Positions 57,701 to 64,000 of a stretch of DNA of 64,000 nt are shown here, one piece after another. The position numbers were made by a program, and so were the translations under genes. The notes under the pieces are model-generated. The model made no database searches. It worked only from the letters and a program-made list of their open reading frames with translations, and was not told the origin of the DNA. The stretch is from Neocallimastix sp. 'constans'. Taxonomy: Eukaryota. Every line of letters starts with the position of its first letter. Within the stretch, counting starts at the first letter, position 1. The stretch covers positions 1 through 64,000 of the forward strand of contig JBODTK010000117.1 of the NCBI GenBank assembly GCA_050613775.1, in the 5' to 3' direction.

Positions 57701-58671
57701 GATGCAATAGAGATAATAATAATGAATTAGAGTTGTAATAATAATTAGTTAATTTAAATAAAATGAGATTTTTTTTTTTAAAAAAAAAATAAAAAGCAAA
57801 AAAAAAAAAAAAAAAAAACCGCTTTTTTTCAAATTAATAATAATGTTAAACTAATATATCATATATATAATCTAAAATATAATCATTAAATATTTTTTTT
57901 TCTTTTTTTTATTAATTATTTAAATTTTTAAATTTTATACTTTATTAAAATTATTATAAATATTTTTTAGATTAGAGATAATAATATATATTATACAAAT
58001 ATTAAAAAGTATCAATTATTAAATATTTATATATATTATATTATTTTTATTATTAAAACCTCTTTACTTTTAAATTTAATTTATTTTAGAATAATATTTA
58101 TTATGTGTTTTTTTTTTTTTAATTATTTATTATTTATTATTATTATAATTTTTTTTTGATATTATTATTATTTATTTAATTAATTTTTATAATGAAAATA
58201 ATTAGTTTGTATTCATTCTGTTAATATTATTATTTAATTAATTAAATTCTTTTTATTTATTTATTTATTTAATTTTATAATTATTATTAATTAAACATAG
58301 AAATATTATTTAATAAAATGGAAATTAAAACTATCGATAGAAAAAAATAAAAAAATAAAATAAATGAATTAATAATTTTCCATAATTAATATAATATTTA
58401 ATTAAAAGATATGTGATTGATCATTAAAACAAAATCAATTTTATTATTATTAATATTAATTTTATATTTAATTTGTATTTTATTTTATTTTATTTGTATT
58501 TTATTTTATTTTATTTTAGCTTTTAGAAATAATACTATACCAATATGTAATCAAATTATTTAGTATTATTTAGTTTTTTTTTATTAAATTTAAACTGATT
58601 TTATATGTATTAAATTACGGTTATAATTAAATAATAAAATTTATTAAATTCTTACAGCCATAATAATAATA

Positions 58672-58777
<106 letters not shown>

Positions 58778-59486
58778 TATAACCTATAAATTATTAAATG
58801 ATTAGTAAAAAAAACAAATCTAAATAAAAATCCCAATATAATAATGATAATAATGAAATTAATATAATAGTATATTTAAATAATTAATAAATTAAATAAA
58901 AAAAAATAATATATTTAAATATATATTGAACTAATAATAGTAATAATATTAATAAGAGATTAGAAAATATAAATAAAAGAAAATGTACTTCAAAATAATT
59001 AAAATTAAAAAAAAAAAAAAATAAAAATAAATAAAAAAAAATTATAAACTGGATATTTAGCTATATAAAATCTTGATGATTTTATAGCTTTTGCAATTAT
59101 AACAATAATTTTTTGATAAAATTAATGTATAATAAAAAGAAATATTTTTAATATTAAAATATTCTTTTTTTTTTTTTTTTTGTAAATATTTTATAATTTA
59201 AAAGTATATACTAAATATTTAAAGTGTGTTTAAATATACATATATTATTCATTAAAGAAAAAAAAATTGAAAAATTTAGTGAATAATATATTTATTTATA
59301 AGAAAAAATAAAATATTAAATATGAATTAATTAATGTATATAGAATATACATAAAAAAAAGAAAGAAAGAAAAAATATAACCAATAAAAAAAAAAAGACA
59401 AAAATATAAGAAATATTTATATGAATAATTATAATAAATAAATAAATAATATATTAGATAAATATTAATATAATTGTAAAAAAGGA

Positions 59487-59521
<35 letters not shown>

Positions 59522-59664
59522 GCATTTTTTCAATAATAATATTTAATTGTAATATTAAATAATATTATTGTAGTTTTTAAGAAAAATACTATTAAAAAAA
59601 AAACAGTTAAGGAAAATATAAAAAAAATTATATAAATATTGTTGAAAAATTAAAAATATTTATA

Positions 59665-59768
59665 AAAAAAAAGTGAAAAAGTAAAAAGTAAAAAAGTAAA
59701 AAAGTAAAAAAGTAAAAAAGTAAAAAAGTAAAAAAGTAAAAAAGTAAAAAAGTAAAAAAGTAAAAAAA
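59665..59768 (+). repeat. (AAAAAAGT)n octamer array just upstream of the ABCC start codon
   Basis: About 12 tandem A5-6GT units ending ~60 bp before ATG 59831. Confidence 0.85.
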
Positions 59769-59830
59769 TTAAAAATTAAAAAAAAAAAAAAAAAAAAAAA
59801 ATAAAAAGTGAAAAAAAGTTATAAAAAAAA

Positions 59831-61439
59831 ATGTTTTTTAAAAAAAAGGAATATCCTATTCCAGATGAACCAAAACCAACTCCATATACTAATGCATCTT
59901 TTTTTTCGAAAATAACGTATTCATGGGAAAATTCACTTCTTAAATTAGGTATTCACAGACCTTTAGAAAATAATGATGTTTATTTATTAGATCCAAAATT
60001 TAAGGAAGAGAACAATGAGAAAAGATTTTTTGAAAAATGGAAAAATATCAAAACTTCAAAGGAAAGCAACTTTAATTTAATTAAAACTATATTTAAGGTT
60101 TATGGTTTTGATTTTTTTATTGCTGGTGTTTTAAAATTAATTTCAGATGTAGCAAATCTTATTTCTCCTGTAATTTTAGAATTACTTTTAAATTATTTGA
60201 CAAAATCTGATAAGAATTCTACAACCACCTCAACCGGATTTTTTGGAATGATCCAAAAAAATATTGGTTGGATTTACGTTGGCTGTATATTTTCATGTCA
60301 ATTAATATATACCATATGTAATAATTATCATTTAAAGATTGTTTATGAAATTGGTATTTTGGTTCGTAGTATATTTGTTGAGATTATCTATCATAAAATT
60401 TTAAAACTTACTGGTAAGGAAATGAATACGTTTGGTGAAGGTCAAATTATTAATCTTATAACTTTTGATGTTTATACAATTCAATTATTAATTTCTAATT
60501 TACATTATTTATGGAGTGGACCACTTCAGTTAATTGTTATTCTCATTCTTTTAATTCGATCTTTGGGAGTTTGGTCCTTAATTGGATTTTCCTTTATTAC
60601 AATTATTGTTCCATTCCAAGCTGTTGTTATGAAAATTTTAGTTAATTTAAGAAAAAAAATTGTTGTTCAGTCAGATCATCGTGTGAAGAAAATTCAAGAA
60701 ATTATTGGAAATATTAGAATTGTAAAGTTTTTTGCTTGGGAAAATCGTTTCCTTGACGTTATAAGTGAATTTCGTAAGAAAGAACTTAAATACACTAAAA
60801 AAAGTATTAATATTAATGCGGAAACTACAGCAATTTTTAATATTATTCCATTTTTTGCTAGTGCATTAACTTTTATTTCTTATTCAGCTGCTGGTAATCC
60901 TTTGACAGCTGCTAAAGTTTTCTCTTCCCATGCTCTTTTTAGTATGCTTCGTAATCCTTTAGAAACTCTTTCAACCACACTTAATCAATTAAGTACGTGT
61001 ATTGTCAGTGTTAAACGTGTTACTGATATTATAAATGGTGAGGAAAAAGAAGATATCACCGAAGTTGATCCCTCTTCTGAATATGGAATTTCTGTTATCA
61101 ATGGACAATTTAGTTGGGATACTATCCGACCAGAAGATGTTCTTCAAGATAGTTTTAAATATAAAAAACATAATAATAATTTTTTTAAATTTAAGGATAG
61201 AAAAAAGTATAATGACAATAAGAAATTTTATAAAAATCCAGTTTATGATAATAATAGTGCAGATACACTCGTTGATATTAATAATCTAAGTAATAAAATT
61301 CCAATGGACATTACTGAAAAAACAACTGGTAAAGTTTCAGTAGATTTTTCTGATAAAACATTTAATACTACAACTAAAATTTTAAGAGATCCTAGTGAAC
61401 TAAGTTTTAGTAAAATTTCCATGGATATTACTGAAAATT

Positions 61440-61514
<75 letters not shown>

Positions 61515-64000
61515 TTAATATTAATATTAATAATAATAATAACAATGATAATAATCAAAAAAGTCCAATTGATTATTCTGATAAATCATATTGTATGGAT
61601 AATTTTAGTCAAGGTACTTTACTAGATCCAATAAAGGAACAAGAGTTAGAGTATTTTAGACTTAAAAATATTAATATTCGTATTAAGAAACATTCTTTAA
61701 CAGCTATTGTTGGTGGTGTTGGTAGTGGTAAATCTTCATTGATTAATGCTATCATTGGAGAAATGAAACGTGAATCTGGAAGAGTGATTGTTAGTGGAAC
61801 TTACAGTTACTGTTCCCAAAAAGCTTGGATTCGAAATGCTACTATCAGAGAGAATATTATTCTTAGTCAACCATTTAATCAAAAACGTTATAATAAAGTT
61901 ATTGAAGATTGTGCTTTGCATAGAGATTTTGAATTATTTACTAATGGAGATCAAACTGAAATTGGGGAACGTGGAGCCAATTTATCCGGAGGACAAAAAC
62001 AAAGAATTAATTTAGCAAGAGCTGTATATTTTGATCGTGATATTATTTTTATGGATGATCCATTATCTGCAGTTGATGCTCATGTCAGTCGTCATCTTTT
62101 TGATAAATGTATTGTTGGAGCATTAGCTAATAAAACTCGTGTCCTTGTTACCCATCATCTTCATATTCTACCAAAAGTTGATTATATTATTTGTATGAAG
62201 AATGGTCAAATTATTGAACAAGGTACATTTAAAGAATTAATTGAAAAGAATGGTGAATTAGCTAGATTAATGAATAATGGTTATGATGATGATGATGAAT
62301 TTGAATACGATAGTGAATTAGAAAATAGTAATGCTATGAAATATAATAATAACAATAAGAAGAATAAGTATAATAAGAATAATAACTATCATCAACAAAC
62401 TCAACAAGAAAATAATAGAAGTGACAATAAAAATGATAAAAATAATTTAAATATTAAGAATATTAATGAAGATCATGAAAACAATGTTGATAATATTGAT
62501 AATAATAGTAATAATGAAGAAGGTAAAACAAAAGTTAAAGGAATTATTTGTGAAGAAGAAAGGGCCACTGGCTCTGTCAAAATGAGAATTTATAAGCATT
62601 ATATTAAAGCAAGTGGTGGATATATATGTTGTGTTTTCATAGTCTTCTTAATTATATTGATTCAAATGACAAAAATTGGAGGTGATATGTGGTTAGTCTA
62701 TTGGACGGAAGATAGATTTAAAACAAGTACTATGAATTACACAATAGCATATTTAGTATGGAATGCTGGTCAAATCTTCTTAACGTTGTTCTTTTACATT
62801 TTCATGGCTAATATTGGTATAAAAGCAGCTAAACGAATTCATGACAATGCTATTTCTCGAGTAATTCATGCTCCTATTCATTTCTTTGATTCTAATCCAT
62901 TAGGTAGAATTATTAATCGGTTCTCTTTGGATCAAAAAATGCTTGATGATGATCTTTTCATTGCATTACAAACCTTCTTTTTAAATTTAGCATCCACCAT
63001 TTCTACTCTGGCTTTAATGTTTTCTGCTGCTCCTATTCTCGGAGTAATTATTCTTCCAATATTACTTGTCTATTATTATATTCAAAAGTTATTTTTAAGT
63101 GCTTCTCGTGAATTAAAACGAATTAATGCTTTAAAAAGATCTAATCTTTATGCTAATTTCTCGGAAACCATGGAAGGACTTCAAACAATTCGTGCCTATA
63201 ATGAAGAAGAAAGCTTTATTAGGCATAATCAATCATTAATTGATAATATTAATAGGCCTTTACATTTACAAAGTATAGCCAAAAGTTGGTTAGGTATTAG
63301 ATTAGAATTTATTGGAGCATTACTAGTATTATTCAATGGGGTTGCAGGTATGATCTTTAAAAATACTTTTTCTGTTTCTCTTTTAGGTTTAAGTTTATCT
63401 TATGCCTTACAAATTACTTCCAGTCTTTTTGCTACAGTTCGTTACTACTGTAATACAGAATTTTTTATGAATTCCACTGAACGTCTTTTGTATTATGCTT
63501 GCGAAATTGAACAAGAAGATCCTAAAGGATTAGATGCACCAAAAGAATGGCCAAATAAAGGAAAAATTCAAATTCGTAATCTTAATATGAAATATAGACC
63601 ATATTTACCTCCTACCCTTCATAACATTTCATTAGATATTGAAGCTAATGAAAAGATTGGTATTGTTGGTCGTACTGGTGCTGGTAAATCTAGTATAATT
63701 ATGACACTCCTTAGATTAGTGGAGCCTGAACTTGATTCCACCATAATGATTGATAATATTTCTATTTCTGATTTAAAATTAACTGAATTACGTAAATCGA
63801 TATCTATTATTCCACAGGAGCCTGTTCTTTTCTCGGGTACCATTCGTTTTAATTTGGATCCATTAAATGAACATACGGATCAAGAAATTTGGACTGCACT
63901 TGAGAATTCAGGATTACGTTCAACGATAATGGAATTAGATAAGAAATTAGAAAGTGAAGTGAGTGTTAATGGAGGAAACTTTAGTGTTGGTCAAAGACAA
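59831..64000 (+). CDS. ABCC/MRP-family ABC transporter (short form without TMD0, Yor1-like), intronless in the window, 3'-partial (>1390 aa)
   Basis: The frame starts at ATG 59831 (MFFKKKEYPIPDEP..NASFFSKITYSW..RPLENND). NBD1 has Walker A GGVGSGKS, signature GERGANLSGGQKQR and Walker B IIFMDDPLSAVDAHV. TMD2 has FFDSNPLGRIINRFS. NBD2 has GRTGAGKS, IIPQEPVLFSGT and NFSVGQRQ at the window end. The frame agreed at every checkpoint I tested. It is probably absent from the ORF track because no stop falls in the window. Confidence 0.95.

Overview
Extremely AT-rich, microsatellite- and homopolymer-laden eukaryotic DNA with short GT-AG introns. Composition and gene content best fit an anaerobic gut fungus (Neocallimastigomycota); this is an inference. 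I reconstructed five protein-coding genes by hand: a Transformer-2-like SR protein (+, 4 coding exons); a ~1076-aa Yck/CK1-gamma-type casein kinase 1 (-, 4 exons); a 33-exon, ~1236-aa TmcB/TmcC-like multi-pass membrane protein (+); COG3/Sec34 (+, 18 coding exons); and an intronless ABCC/MRP transporter (+) that runs off the window end. The ~21 kb gene-free interval between the kinase and the TmcB-like gene ends in a cluster of transposon remains (24.5-31.7 kb). It holds a deleted Ty1/copia element with a LINE fragment nested in it, several same-strand LINE 3' ends, a 396-bp Mutator/Foldback-like MITE with a 9-bp TSD, a SINE-like element and a multi-branched fold-back element. A 5'-truncated LINE with a poly(A) tail lies at 42-44 kb. 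The most notable observations are about 44% AAG 3' splice sites, five repeated S-A-W motifs in the kinase N-terminus, the MITE and the fold-back element. No rRNA, tRNA or CRISPR array was found. Most short ORFs in the supplied track are low-complexity artefacts. All exon and motif counts are manual.
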